From NCBI GenBank assembly GCA_004022145.1, contig RCNU01000001.1: 64,000 nt of DNA, one strand, 5' to 3'. This DNA is from Paecilomyces variotii. Taxonomy: Eukaryota. A program made the translations under genes and the position numbers. Below the pieces are notes generated by a model. It saw nothing but the letters and a program-made list of their open reading frames with translations. It was not told where the DNA came from and ran no database searches. This document shows, in pieces, positions 11,899 through 25,456 of this stretch (positions are counted from its first letter, which is position 1; each line of letters opens with the position of its first letter).

Positions 11899-13463
11899 TT
11901 TGTCTGATTTCGATTTCAAGATGGTATTGCAGAGATTGTAGTGAGACAGAGTACCGAGCGGTGGCGGTGTGTGGCGTGTATGCAGCGAGAGGCCTTTGGA
12001 GGGGTAATGGGAGTTCTGAAGGTGTCCGGATGAACGTGTACGTTCCGCAAGCCTTCTTGCACTAGGTAAGGAGGGTGGTGAATGGAGAAGGTTGCTGCGA
12101 GGGTTGATCACGGGAGATAGTTGTTTGAGAAATCAAGCAACGTCGAGATTGGGCGAGATTTATATCGATGACACAGAAGCTTCTCGAGCCCTGAGCGGCG
12201 GAGTTTGGGGGAGTCATCGCGCTAGCACGTATGGGGTATAGTCTGTTATGGCCGACCTCGGGGGCGAACGCTTAACTACTTAGTTATGTCCGACAAGTCA
12301 CAGTGCTTGGTAAGCTTGTAATCGCCAACCTATGCTTAGTTACGAGGCCTTTCAGAATAAAAAGATTCCTCTGGTTCTGAAGGATGGATGTGTGATATGA
12401 GAGTAATCAATATAAACTGAAAGTTCTCGTTGCATCATCAAGATGCCACGCCAGCAGTGCTCGCGTGACCCGAGTCAAGTTCAAATATATATGATTGGTT
12501 GTTATTTAGACTATATTCTTTATATTCGTAAGATGTTCTTTTAACTAATGCAAAATACTTCTATTTCCTATATAAGACAAGTCCATACGGAGATGTTAGC
12601 GGTGCACTTTTAGTTCCTCCCATCCTAATAGTGCGACATTGGAACGAAGGGATTGATAACGCATAGCAGATTATGCAAGGATAGTAGAGAAATCGAGGTT
12701 AACGCCAGATACTAAGAGCTGGATTAGAAAGAAAGAGTCGAAGTACCAACTGATCTTTCCTCTAGCGGCTAGGTTATAGGCAGTTCGGGGCCTGGATATA
12801 CATCGGTTGTAGGAGATATACCTATTTCGTCCGCGGATAGAATGAGTAGAGTCACTACGCTATATATTGTTTGAGTTTATCGTAGTTCTGTTCATGTAAA
12901 TACGGGGTAGATTTTTAGTCTAAGAATTCTGTGCTACACGTGTCTGAATATACTTATGGCAATGATATGATTGAACGAGTTATCAGAGTGAACAAATAGC
13001 ATCTCTCTATGGAAATATGCTCATTCCTGTCTGCTTCTCCTTGCGCTTCCTCCAGAGCTGGGTGGGGCACTACAGAATCAAGCAAGATACAGCAGAGTTT
13101 GTATACAAGCTGTGCAAATATAGTAAATAGACCAGCTGCCTTGACTATATCCTGTATATATTTTTGCAAATAGACGTAATCAGGATTTAGCTACATAGTA
13201 CGCTGGTAGCCGCTGTGACTACAATCTATGTCAGTTCAATTTGAATATCACTGCACGGCAAGGGTTGCCAGTTGCATTTGAATAACTCTAAAAAAAATAT
13301 AATAGCAAGATGCGGAGGTGGGCTCCAATGCACAATCTCACATAAAAAGTTCATGGATTCCCAAGAGAAAGAACTAAACAACCTACTGCATACTTGATTC
13401 AGATTGCCCCATATCCCCTCCCCCAACTCCCCTTACAATCCGCAGTATGTGCCATGCGGTGCC

Positions 13464-15537
13464 TCAGACCCTCATCGCTGCGCAGCCTTGCTTGGCCAGG
13501 CGAGCCAGCAGGAAAAACAGAGCCCCAAGCGCAATATTGACACCCGCAAAGAGCTGCGCAGTGAGGTACTTGCCGTCGTTTGTGGTCACCAGGTGGCCTC
13601 CAAGAGGAGCGCCCGTCAGCGAAGCGAGGCTGATCAGTACGAAAACCAGAGCCATCCTGAGGCTGAGCTTCTTGCGGTCCGTTCCCGAGAAGCTGAAGAT
13701 CGTGGTGACGTACAGACTCTGAATGCCTGCGCTGAAGAACCCGTAGAAGCAGGCCACGATGTAAAGCGCGGTCTCTGTGTTGGCGCCAACCCAGGTGAAA
13801 ATGAATATTGAGGAAAGAACACTGGCGGGAATCAGAGTATTCATGGGACCAATACACGCGTCACTAATGATGTTTGGGATGAAGCGACCGACGAAGTTCG
13901 AAGCATTCATAGCGACGAGGAGATTGACAGATTTTATGCTGGTCATATGCAATATGTCTTGGCCGAAAGCGACGATCTGGATTCAAACCATGCCGTCAGC
14001 TCGTTTCTAAACACAAGTACATTGGGGAGCGGGCCATCTTACAAAGTAGAATCCGAAGTAGATGCCCCAAAAAGCGAAAAACATTCCTATGAAGGTAAGT
14101 AAATGCATTTCCTCTCAGATAATACTGTTATACATACCGACCGCCATTAGAGCGAATGGAAGGCTTGCCAGGATGCTCCAATTGATCGCATACTTCGTTG
14201 GGCTTGGAGGACCAGCACGCTCACGTACAATAACGTTGACCGGGACCATGGTAAACAGGTTTACAAAGGCAATGACTATACCTACTTTAGCGCGGTCAAT
14301 ATATGGGGAAAACAGAGAACATACTGCGCATAGTCCATCCGAATCCAAGATGGGGCAACGTGTGAGACGCAAGCAATGGAAAGACGATCCCTCCTATATT
14401 ATGATTCAGCAATTGGATTAGAACCGGAAGAAATTATGATCTTACCGACACTAGAGCCTGACGCAGCAATAGCGGTTGCAGTACCGAGTCTCGTCGTGAA
14501 ATATGTGGTTATGAGTACGATACCAGAATGGAACACTAGCCCCATTCCTACGCCGCTGAGGACACCCTGAAGGAGGAATATCTGCCACCACTTTGTACAA
14601 GCGCTGACGAGCATGAGGGACAAAAATTGGAGAAAGCTGCCACCAGTGAAGCAGGCCCGGAAGTATCCTCTACTCGTCAGGGGGGCTGTGACAATGGCCA
14701 TGAAGAACGTGGCAAATATCTGGAAAGAGCCAATCCATGCGATCTTGGAGTGAGAATCATTCTGCAGAAGGCTTCTCTCATAGTATGACTGAAAGACTCC
14801 AAACGCCTATGGCCTGTTAGTTGTATCTTCTTGTTATTAAGACAATGGATATAGCTTGCCATATTCAATCCCCTGAACAAGGTTAGCTTGGTCTTATTGA
14901 TGTTACAGAGGTTGACATACTGAGTATTCATAGTCAGAATGAAGCCACAAACAGCATGGGCCCACGCAAGACAGCCACCATCCGGAGGCTCTTCAATAAC
15001 CATTTCATGGCGTCTGTACAGCAACGGAACATCTTTCTGTTTCCGCTTTTCATGTCTATTTATCCAATCGAGCTCCTTGATTTGACCCGGCGAAAGACCT
15101 TGCGCAGAGGACATGTCGGGTAGCTGAGAAGGAGTGAACCCCAGGGTGGAACGAGGACGAGTAGTCTGCCATGCGTCCAAAGCAGCTCTTCTATCGTTCT
15201 CTTCCTCGATGCTCTGTCTGCGGCTACGGCCGGAGCGAGTGCTTCTGGTATACCCATAGGAAGACGCCCCGAACTCGCTAGGGTTGGTGCCCGCATAGAG
15301 GGTGGAGGAACTGTCAGTAACCCTAAAACGCGGAGGAACTGATGCCTTGGGGATTTCAATATTTGAACTTTCAGGGTCATGGATGGGAACGATGTGAGAC
15401 CGAGAACTGAACGGGCGACTGAAGTTCTTCATAGAACTCGAGCTCGCTCCATCATCATCTTCTCGGCGACGAGAAGGCAAGTCCTCGAGATAAATACCAG
15501 CTTGAATTTCTTCAGACACTCGAGATCGAGAAGCCAT
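13464..15537 (-). CDS. MFS monocarboxylate-porter (Mch-like) transporter with long disordered N-terminus; 7 exons
   Basis: Exons 15537-14921, 14872-14860, 14806-14446, 14393-14325, ~14275-14138, 14086-14043, 13976-13464. Motifs PPDGG.LAW, NTQGLNMAFGVFQSYY, QIFLLQGVLSGVGMGL, ATAIAASGSSVGGIVFP, GFGWTMR, NFVGR, LTGAPLGG. Confidence 0.88.
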
Positions 15538-16695
15538 ACTTTTAGAAAGGAAACTCCCGATTTACGGCAAACAGAGATTGATGAAAGAGTGGCAGACAAT
15601 GAAATCGTAGCCGAGGAAGAACCAAGACGCCGCAGCTTTCAAAGACGTTCCAATAGTAAAAATTCAAGATCAAACCAAGGCGATTGGGTGGTTAGGACAT
15701 GACTTAGGCAAGTTAAGAAGAGGGGAAAGAAAAGGCGTGTCTCAGGTCTTCACACATTGTGAAAATTCACATCGCCATGACGCCGAGAGTCATCGCAAAC
15801 ACTGTCGTTCACGAGCCCTCAGGGAAAGCTCCCACAATATGAGCCTCTGAAGGCCCTGGTAGAATGTCCTGCATATTCAGAAAAGCAGAATCATATGTGC
15901 GTTTGGCCAAGAGTACAGGCGAGATATCATCACAAGTAGATATCATATCCTAAATTACCTAGGTAGGTACCTGTTAATATCAACATGGGGATGACCGGGA
16001 ATAGCAACCATAGTGGTTATTCTAGATTAGAACAGAGCCTATTAGTGTGATAAGATCCTTCTGGTGGAGGTGAGACAGTTATCTTTGGAACAATGATCAA
16101 GAATCCTATATATTATCTTGATATATGTAAGTTAACTGACTACCTAGGTAACTACATCCCAATAATCTCTGATGTGTCAGCATCGGAACCGCGGAATTCG
16201 GCGTGACAAGGCGCCAAGCAGCCAAGCCTAAAGTACCCGCTAAGTACCTCCGAAGTACCATTGTATGGTTAAAGTGCCCAGAAGCTACAGCCCAGCTACA
16301 GATCTGGTACGCCATTTAGCCTCCCACTGCTGCGCCCCGTTGGATCTCCAGCAAGACACTGCCACTCTCCAGTTGTGATTTGGCTTTATTTTCCTTGCAT
16401 CAACACCCAAAAGGTACCGTTGACACTGTAGCACTTCGAGTGTTAAGAGTGTCTTTGACTTTGGTAGCAGGCATCTACTTGCTTATGGCTGCAGTTCTTC
16501 TGTATCATAGATAAGACATCTCTTCGGATACCTTAGGCTGAACCATCGTCCTCCATCTCCACCTCCGCTGCGGAATATCCTGATCTCCTGGATTGTCCTA
16601 CCCAGTTTCCTCCAGACTGAATCTCCTCTTCCACCGTTCTCTCCTATCATCGAATATCAGTCTGGCTCCCGAATTCATCGTTTGATCCCCACGCC

Positions 16696-17625
16696 ATGGC
16701 GATGCAGAGCAACCTCTCAAAGGCAATGACCAATCGGTCGCTCCGCACCATCCGAGCAGTTCGTCTTCCCTCTAACCCCCCAGTTATCGATTCTGCGGTC
16801 CTCGTGTGGATATATGGCTTACCATTGGAATTAGGAGTTGGAGTTCCTCGCAGATTCTTCCGTAATTACTCCGCAACAACTGTCCTCGATTCTCTCCCAG
16901 CTGCCTGGGCAGACTCAGCTTGACAATAATGCTCGCAATATTGCTCCCATCGCGCAACCTACTCCGGCGCCTGCCCAACCTCCAGTTGCAGCCTACTCTC
17001 CTCCTACGAACCAATTTGCCAATACTAGCCTGAATGAAAAGGCCCCTACTCCTAATCAATATCCTACTTCGGCGCCTCCTCCGCCTGCGTATGCCCAGAC
17101 ACCTGCGGTTCTTTCGACGGCCTCAGCCTTGTATGCATACACTCCTACCGACGCCGGAGATCTAGCCCTTCAGCCTCACGACCGTATCCAAGTTCTCGAG
17201 CACATGAACAATGACTGTATGACTTCATCCACTAAACCCATCTCCTGGAGGATTATTATTAACGTGTATTACAGGGTGGCGCGGTCGTAACGAGCGGACC
17301 GGCCTCGAGGGTATCTTCCCTCGGAGCTATGTGAGTGTTCTCAATGAGAAGGCCGGACCTCCAGTCATTGCACCCCAGCCTACAAACTATGGCAACTTGC
17401 CTCTCGAAGTGAGCCAGTCGGGTTCGCCTGCTCCGGGACCGGATGGCAAAAAGCCAAGTAAGTTCGAAGAGCAGGGGAAGAAGTTTGGAAAGAAAATGGG
17501 CAATGCTGGTACGTTTTTGTTATGGATGGCTTTTCCTTTTGAGTTCGGATCAACTGACAAGTTATCTAGCTATATTCGGTGCTGGTGCTACAATTGGTTC
17601 AAACATTGTTAATGGCATCTTCTAA
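16696..17625 (+). CDS. LSB1: SH3-domain protein of the Lsb1/Pin3 family; 4 exons
   Basis: Exons 16696-16758, 16835-17216, 17275-17508, 17570-17625. PPPPAY motif; SH3 ALYAY...DLAL...WWRGRNERTGLEGIFPRSYV; C-terminus KKMGNAAIFGAGATIGSNIVNGIF. Confidence 0.88.
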
Positions 17626-18473
17626 ACTTCTTATGGTGAGGTTATTATCTCCTCGCACTCAGAATGGGTTGTTACAATGTGCTGGAACAGGGTAGCACTG
17701 GGATTTCACATGCAATGGCGTTGGCGGTTTTTGAATTGGGTTCTCCGCTGTGTCTAGTGTGGGCCATATTTGGCTCAGTTGGTACAGAACACAGACTGAT
17801 AAATATTGATGACTATTGCTTAATTTCTGGGATTCCTTGATGTCCATGGGCCGCAGTAACCGATCACTCTCGGTTGTTGTTGTGGAAGCTGCGTGTATGC
17901 ACACTTTAGATAGGCCGATGACTCACATAAGACACTTGCGTCTAACTGGTGAGTAAACCGGTTGTTCTCCTAGATGCTAGATACATCTGTAGATCGTCTC
18001 GATAAGTATTATATGGAAGATCCGATCACAACAAATACTGGCAATGTTCATTGGCGCTTGGGGAAAATACTAATCGCGCCCCGTAGAGCGCCCGTTATTA
18101 TGGTGCATCTTCTGGGTATAGCCCCGCCAGCTCTACTAACAACACCAAGCTGATCATCGGCATATGTTTCATCCTATAAAATCGGTCCTCTAAGCGCCAG
18201 CACCAAGTGGGAGATATGGCACGTCGCAGGGAAGGCTGCGGCACATCCCGCATTGGGTTGAACCTATGCAGGGAACTGGGCATCATCGTGGCACAGCCAG
18301 TTTCAGCTCACAATCTTGACGCCCACAAACAGCGTACAGAACCTGGATTTTCTGGCCCACCGTGTCAGCGCCATGTTGTATTTATTTAGCTCCCTTTATC
18401 ATGATCATCCCATAGTCAGGAAGACGCCGGTGGTAACTGCTTTATCTCCAGTCTGTCTTCTCTTTCAGACACG

Positions 18474-21400
18474 ATGAGAGCGCTCTTTCTTCTATTAATA
18501 CCCTGCCTGATACCAGGTGTCTTTGCAGACGATTGGGACGATTTTACAAATAACCTTGCAACGGATTTGGTAAACAGCCAGCAGATTCGCACCATAAAAC
18601 CGTACTGATCTCTATTTTAGGCCCCGCTTATCAGTTTGTTTGGAGAACAAGTGACAAAGCAATTTCTTTCAGAGTCACTCAATGTGCTAGATAATTATAT
18701 CTTTGCGTTGGCCCCCTTGGGAATCCTTACTGCTGTTGTGTCTGTGATCCGAGTATGTGGGAATTCTAGCCTCCGCGCTTTCATTGGGAGGGCGCATGAG
18801 GGCCCCGGGGAAGCAGAGCATGAGCTCTTATCATGTGTATCTGAGACGACAGCTGAGCTATTCAATGATGGAGGCATTTCAAGGGTCTTTGGGAGACCCA
18901 AGATTCTGGAAGTTGTGGCATGGGAAGATGATCTTTCCACAAACCATGGTAAGACCCAACTTGCAACCCTTCGTGGCGCCGTGAAAAAAGGAATCTGGAA
19001 TGGACATCTGGCGGATGCCGGCAGTGAAGACCCATTCGAGTTTGATATTCCGAACTTGTCTTTGAACATGGGTATAAAGCGGAGGAGTCAATTTTGGTTT
19101 TACACCGCCGCACTGGTTGGATCTATCCTGCAAATAGGTAACTTCTTACAGGTTTATTTCTTGATGGAAATACCCCATTGCTAAATACACTATTCTAGGT
19201 ATCATTGTGTTTGCCGCCCTTACCGTATTCATGTTTCCACAACACTTCAAAAAGGATGGAAAGGCAGTCGCGGACTATGCCTTCCCTCTTTTCTTCATTG
19301 GCACATCTCTACTTTGTGTCGGAATGTTCCTGTGCGCTTTCACGATCGAGCGGTCATCGACAGAGTACTACTACCATCCCCAAAAGAAGTGTAAGATATA
19401 TTGGCTGCAGCAAGGTGGTCAACAGGTCGGAGACCAAGTTTTTGGGGCTTTTCTAGGAATGCGGGAAAGGGGTGATGGTTGCTCAACTAAGGAGCTACCA
19501 TATATCAAATCTTTGAGAAATGACAATTACCGCAACAAGGATACTTGGCTTCTGACAGCAGTTTTCTTGACTACGGCTGGATTCGTCTGCCAGTTTGTCG
19601 GTCTTCGAGGTTTGCACTCGTCAATCACTCTCGCGCAGCTGGGATCAACGCTCTTAATGGCTATCATCCGGACAAGTCTTCGCACGCAAAGAACCGACCT
19701 TGATGATAACCTCCTTTCCAGCGAAGAACGGAGGCTGAATTCTATCAGGAATCAAGAGTTAGACTGCTTCTCTTTCCACCTGGAGAATATAAAATCTTTT
19801 CTCGTCTCTGGACAGGTCGATCAGCCCCATCGACAGTCAAGTTCCCGAAATTCTGATACGAAAGAAGGTCAAGGCCGGCAAATCATTGAAACCAGAGCAC
19901 ATCTTGCGGCTCTCACTCATTCTGAAAAGAAAGAGCGTGACTCTGCTTGGGACGATATCCCAACTCGAAACGTCGCGATCAACCTCAGAAATGCCATTCA
20001 AGAGACAATGGAGCTTGTGTCTTCATGGTCAAATAAGCGCCTTAGTTCCTATAAATTCGGTATATCTTTGCAATCTCAAGCAGCCGATAGACCGGACGGT
20101 TCTGTTGTGGAAAAATATGATATACATCTGCGCAAAACAGACGGCAGTATGCATTGGGAAGTTGATGCAGCGGTGTTAGAAGCAATAGTTGGGTTATGGA
20201 CATGGTCTCTGCTCTATTCAGACCATGACATTCCGTGGGAAGGGCCATTCTATCGAATAATCGGACAGGATCACCAAGAAGCCTCAGAAGAAGAAACTTT
20301 GCTGGTCTACTATAAATGGATTCTCAGGCATACGCCAGCACTACTGGTTCTTTCACACTCAATCCCATTATCTCGAGGAATGTTCGGATACCGTATTACT
20401 CCAGCAGCCGGGGCCACAACATGGAGTATTCTCGCCATGAGGACACACAACCCTTTACATTTGATGACAGCGCAGGATATCTACATATACTTTCTGAATT
20501 CAGCATTTGGTTTACTTTCGGAGTTAGGCGGGGAGACGGGAATCTTGCCAAACGGAGTCAGTTTCGTCGCTCACAGCAGCCGAATAGAACAATTAGTTCG
20601 TTGCTTCGAGGCCAATCACCTAGGAAGTCGGCAAGATGCTTTATTGTGCATAGTGCCAGCATTGCGGAGACGAGGAATATTACCTGAACTTTCTGCAGAT
20701 TCACCCCCCGTCAGGCAGCAGGTCGAAAAATACATCGCAGCTGGCGAATGGAGTGAAGCATTTTCCTTGCTTCAATGGTTCTGCGAACGTTCAGGAGGAA
20801 CGGAATTTGAACGTTCAGCTGACGAGATGGGCTATCTCTGTTGCCGGGCAATGCTGAGCCCAGATAGTAATATCCGCGCCGAAGGCTTCAAGCGCGTCTC
20901 AACAGCCATAAAATACGATCCGTGGACAGAACGTTTCCACGATATAGCCGCACACCGCCCATCAAATTGGGTATTGTGTGAAAAGGAGTCTTCTTACTGG
21001 GATAATTTCTCCCAACAACTCGGGTGGGTTGCGTGGCATATGGCGAAGCGGCTACGCAAGCAGTCATTTTTAGATACCCTTGTGGCGCTTGGTATCCAAG
21101 AAGACATTATAAACGGAGGGACAGAGGATGAAAACTCGGAAACAGAAGTGGAAACAGGACGACTCGCAGTGCTGCATTGGCTTACCGAAGGTGACTATGA
21201 GGTTTTTGAGCAAGAAATATCCGGGAAATCGATGGTGTTATGTTTAGAATGGCTCACGGGACATCAGCACGAGTCATTATTATACTGGCTGGTGACCAGA
21301 TGGACAGCAGTTGGTATGCTGTGTCAGCCATTTCTTCACACAGCAATGCGTATAGCGACCAGGAGTGAATCAGACACAGCACTACGGATAATGTGTCGAC

Positions 21401-22029
21401 ATGGGGCAGATATAAATGCCAGACTAAATGCAGACCGTGCCGCGAATATCATACGCAGTACAACCCTCTTGATCGACATGATTGTGGAGGACGATGAGAG
21501 AGCTGTTCTTAAACTGCTGCAGAATGGGGCCGATGCGAATGCAGAGTTGAGAACAGTGACTCCATTAATGCTTGCCGCTGAGCGCTCGGTCAAGATCACG
21601 GGGTTACTTCTGCAATACGGTGCGGACCTCAATGCACGCCCCAACATGGAAGAGACTGCACTGAACAGGGCGGCAATAAATAATCGTCTCGACGTGGTCG
21701 CGCTTCTTCTCGACAAGGGGGCCGACATTGACACTCCAGGCATTAACGGAATGACTCCGCTCCTATCAGCAGTGTCCGAGGGATATATAGAATTGGCAGA
21801 ATTTCTGATCGTAAAGGGTGCTAATATGGACGCACAGACTACAGATGATGGAATGACTGCGCTGATGCTAGCCTTCAAAGAAGGTCGGGCATCTATAGCC
21901 TCCTTATTAGTGAGTAGGGGCTGTGACATACGCAAGAAGGATAGCGAGGGCTACACCGCTAGCGATTGGGCGAGACGGGCAGGACAGGAGGAAAATTATA
22001 TAGCTCTCCTACATTCGAGGCCGGAATAA
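18474..22029 (+). CDS. Signal-peptide, multi-transmembrane, C-terminal ankyrin-repeat protein (about 1150 aa); 3 exons
   Basis: Exons 18474-18569, 18621-19137, 19199-22029 with canonical sites. MRALFLLLIPCLIPGVFA|DDWDDFTNNLATDLAPLISLFGEQVTKQFLSES; several hydrophobic segments; ankyrin repeats (TPLMLAA, TALNRAA, TPLLSAV, TALMLA, GADxN) at about 21360-21990. Confidence 0.87.
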
Positions 22030-23031
22030 ATGATTCAATGCAGGTTCTTGCAATACTGGTCTCTATTGTACTATTTATTGTACGCGGAGATCGGACGGAC
22101 ATCTGAGCGTCGTAATATATTAAACAAGAGTTATCATGGTGGGCACATACTCCGTACTCGGTGTAAGGCTACTCAGTTAAGCAGTCGAAATGTCGAAGGT
22201 AATGGAAAATGCAATGACAAAGACCGTGTCTGTTGCTGACAGTCACTCTAGGTCTATAAAAGGCTGCTTGGGATTAGCGCTCCTTGCTACGATCTTCGAC
22301 GCGTACTTACAAGAATAGCTGTTGCACACTGCCAATCTATTAGGGGCCCATCGACAAGCTTGATCTCTGCCTCTCTCCGCCGTTAGCCCCTGGAGTTGTT
22401 TCACAACGCCCAGCATGCATCGGTCACATCTGTTTCTTGGTGCGGAGACAATCAATGTGATTATTGGTGAGAGCGTTGCTTTAGGGCATTGTGAGCGCTA
22501 ACTCCAGGGCCAATCACACTGCCCAACAGCCTCATCAGGATCGATCAACTCCCCGCTGGCTTGCGATCGGTCGCTCTCGTGCCTCTATTAACCGCCTGCC
22601 AGGGTCTATTCAGAGGCCATCTAGCAGTCAGCCTTGTTGATTTGCTAGGCTCCTGTAGCTGTCCGATTTTGGGGACGCAATGATAAAGCGAATGGCTTCC
22701 GCCTTGCGCTTCAAGTCCTTGTTGAATATCTTTCCATCATCAGGCTTGTTCTACATGTTCTGACCCCAACCTCTAGACCACTTTGGAGGGACTGCTATAG
22801 CGAGCTTGTTGCTTGATGCAGAAGCACTGACTTTGTGTACCCCACCTTTTCTCTCTTTCAGTTGTTCCTGTATCAGTTATATATATATCGCCTAGTTATT
22901 CCACATCCGTTGGTCCATTCGCTGCTGATCTGCAGCTATTTGGTGTGAAGTTCTATCTTCGCAGGTATTGCTGCGCAGGCTACGCAGGCTTCGTTCTTGC
23001 GATATCTCAGGAAGCAAATTCTACATCCACC

Positions 23032-24340
23032 ATGGCAACATATACTCAGGTGCCTCACTTCTCACGTAAGTCGTGTTATCTTCGCGATCTGCCAGCCAAG
23101 TGATGTTGTATACTCATTATTAGCCAGCGCCTCCCAGTTCCGGAAGTAAGTGCTTATACTGTTACCGTGACACGACCCAAGTATTGGAGAATCTCCTAAC
23201 AATGTTAGCATTTCCGCCGCCTCCTCAAGCCTCCCCAAGATTTCCTCCTCAAGCTTCATCGGGATATCCGCAAGCCTCTCCAGGATTTCCTCCTCCAAAC
23301 TTTAGTTATCCACCGCCGCCGACGCATGCATCTCCGTTGAACGGTGCATATCCCCCTCCACCACCATCTGTGAGTCCGCCATCCACCGAGATTACTGCAC
23401 ATGCATCGAATGATGCATCGTACTCAACAACATCGATTTCCCCACCGCCTAGATCGCCATCCATCAGTATGAAAATGCAGCAAATGCCTGGCGGTGCACC
23501 GCCGTTTGGACAATTCACAGGTGCCGTATCTACTGCACAAGACGACGTGGGAACTTTCAATGGTGGAAGCTATAGGATTAGCCATCGGGATAGTAACTCC
23601 CTCCTAACCTTGCAATTGGCGGCTGGATGTCCAATATCGGCAAAACCAGGTAAGATTGGACTTCTGTTGTGTGTTGACTTATTTGCCTTCTAATCTGACT
23701 GCGGGACGACAGGAGCCATGATTGCGATGTCCCCGACGATAACGCTCAAAGGTAGTGTTAATTTGGGCGTACTAAAACTACTCGCGGGTTTCAGTTTAAC
23801 CGTATCTGAATATACCGGACCTGGAGAACTGCTTCTTGCCCCATCTACACTCGGCGACATCACTGTGCTTCGTTTCAGCGGCTCTGAAGAATGGAGAATT
23901 GGGAAGCATTCTTTCCTAGCGGCAACTTCTGCCATCAAGAAAGATCATGAATCTCAGGATCTCTCCAAGGGTATGTTCTCTGGTGTGGGTTTCTTCATAT
24001 ACAAAATTTCTGGGGTTGGTCTTGTCTGGTTACAGAGTTTCGGTGCGATTATCAAGAAAGATGTAAGTTGGATTTGATTCCACGTATTCGGAGCCGTTCT
24101 TATTCATACTGATTCAATTGATGCTAGCTTGTCGAGGGAGAGTCCTATTATATCGACAACGGTCATGTCGTGGCTTGGAACTGCAAGTTTAAGATGGAGC
24201 GCGTCGCTTCTGGTGGTATTATCTCGGCCGTTAGTTCGAAAGAAGGTCTTGCTTGCAGATTTATTGGTCCCGGGTCCGTTTACATACAGACAAGAAACAT
24301 GAAAGTCTTCGCTGCGCAGTTACAAGCATACAGTGGTTGA
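23032..24340 (+). CDS. AIM24: AIM24 (DUF124)-family protein with proline-rich N-terminus
   Basis: 5' exons ambiguous (23032-23049 plus 23124-23145, or 23032-23065), then 23209-23649, 23713-24062, 24128-24340. Motifs [65 protein letters not shown]. Confidence 0.85.
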
Positions 24341-25456
24341 TCTCGAGGATGAACATTGTTCTTCCGCAACCGGGAGAAGAAGAAAAAAAGTGTGGAAGGA
24401 ATTATTGCAACTGATATTTTTAGGAGGGGCGCTGGATATTACTTTTTTTTTTCGCGGAAATCTACTTTCTCTTCATGCCTTTCATATCCTATATGACTCT
24501 TTATGATTCGTGACGATATCTTTTTGTATTTCGAGAACTATCTGTTTTACCACTTTCTATATACCCGTCTATATATGACACTCTCATTCAGAAAACCAGC
24601 TTCGGTATTTATTATCCTTGCGTTCTAGTAAAAGATTGATATCCAACATTGCGAGTCATAGAACTAGGGACTCTCCAATAGTATTGACAGGAACTGGACA
24701 CGAGTCGATTTCAGCTGAGACACTTCAGAACTTCGAACAAGCTCTCAACAATCACTAAGAAAACAAAGCCCTAACTCTATTTTTATTCTACAACCGTCGC
24801 CTGAAGGATGCTGCTTGATTTCAGTCGACAAGTACTTTCGGGATATATTGAGCACTAGGCTAATAGACCAGAAATAAAAAATGCAGCACGTTTCTTATTC
24901 CCCCCCCTCTCGTCGTGTTTCTATGGGCCCAAGAGGATCATGGCGATCTTCGGCAAATCCCCGGGGAGACAAGTTCTATTTCGAATAGGAGAACTACACT
25001 AGAGAATATGGACAGAGATCATAATCATGCATCGGCTTCAAATCTCATGTAACATGGTATCCTCCTATACACTTCCACTGAAAAGAGGCTGGAGGAGAAA
25101 GGAAGTATGATATGAAGACGCAAATAGAAAGAAAACAGCTCGCAGGTACCCCATTGAGCTGCTGAACTGAATGGGAGTGAATCTAATTCTTATCCATTGT
25201 CATCCACTTTGCCATACCGTTATTTCCATTCCCATGTCTTACATTTTGTTCAACGATTCCGATTCTCCACACCCTCATGATAAAAATTTTTGAGCGTCAT
25301 CAGGCTTGACATCAACCTCGGAATCATTCGTTCAGTCCGTTCCCAGTCCACCACAAATGCTTGGTAAAAAGTGCACGCGAGAGAACACCCAAAAATATGA
25401 TAGAAACTGGCCACACCATCTCCAAGCGAAAGAAAATCGAAGAGCAAGCGACAAGC

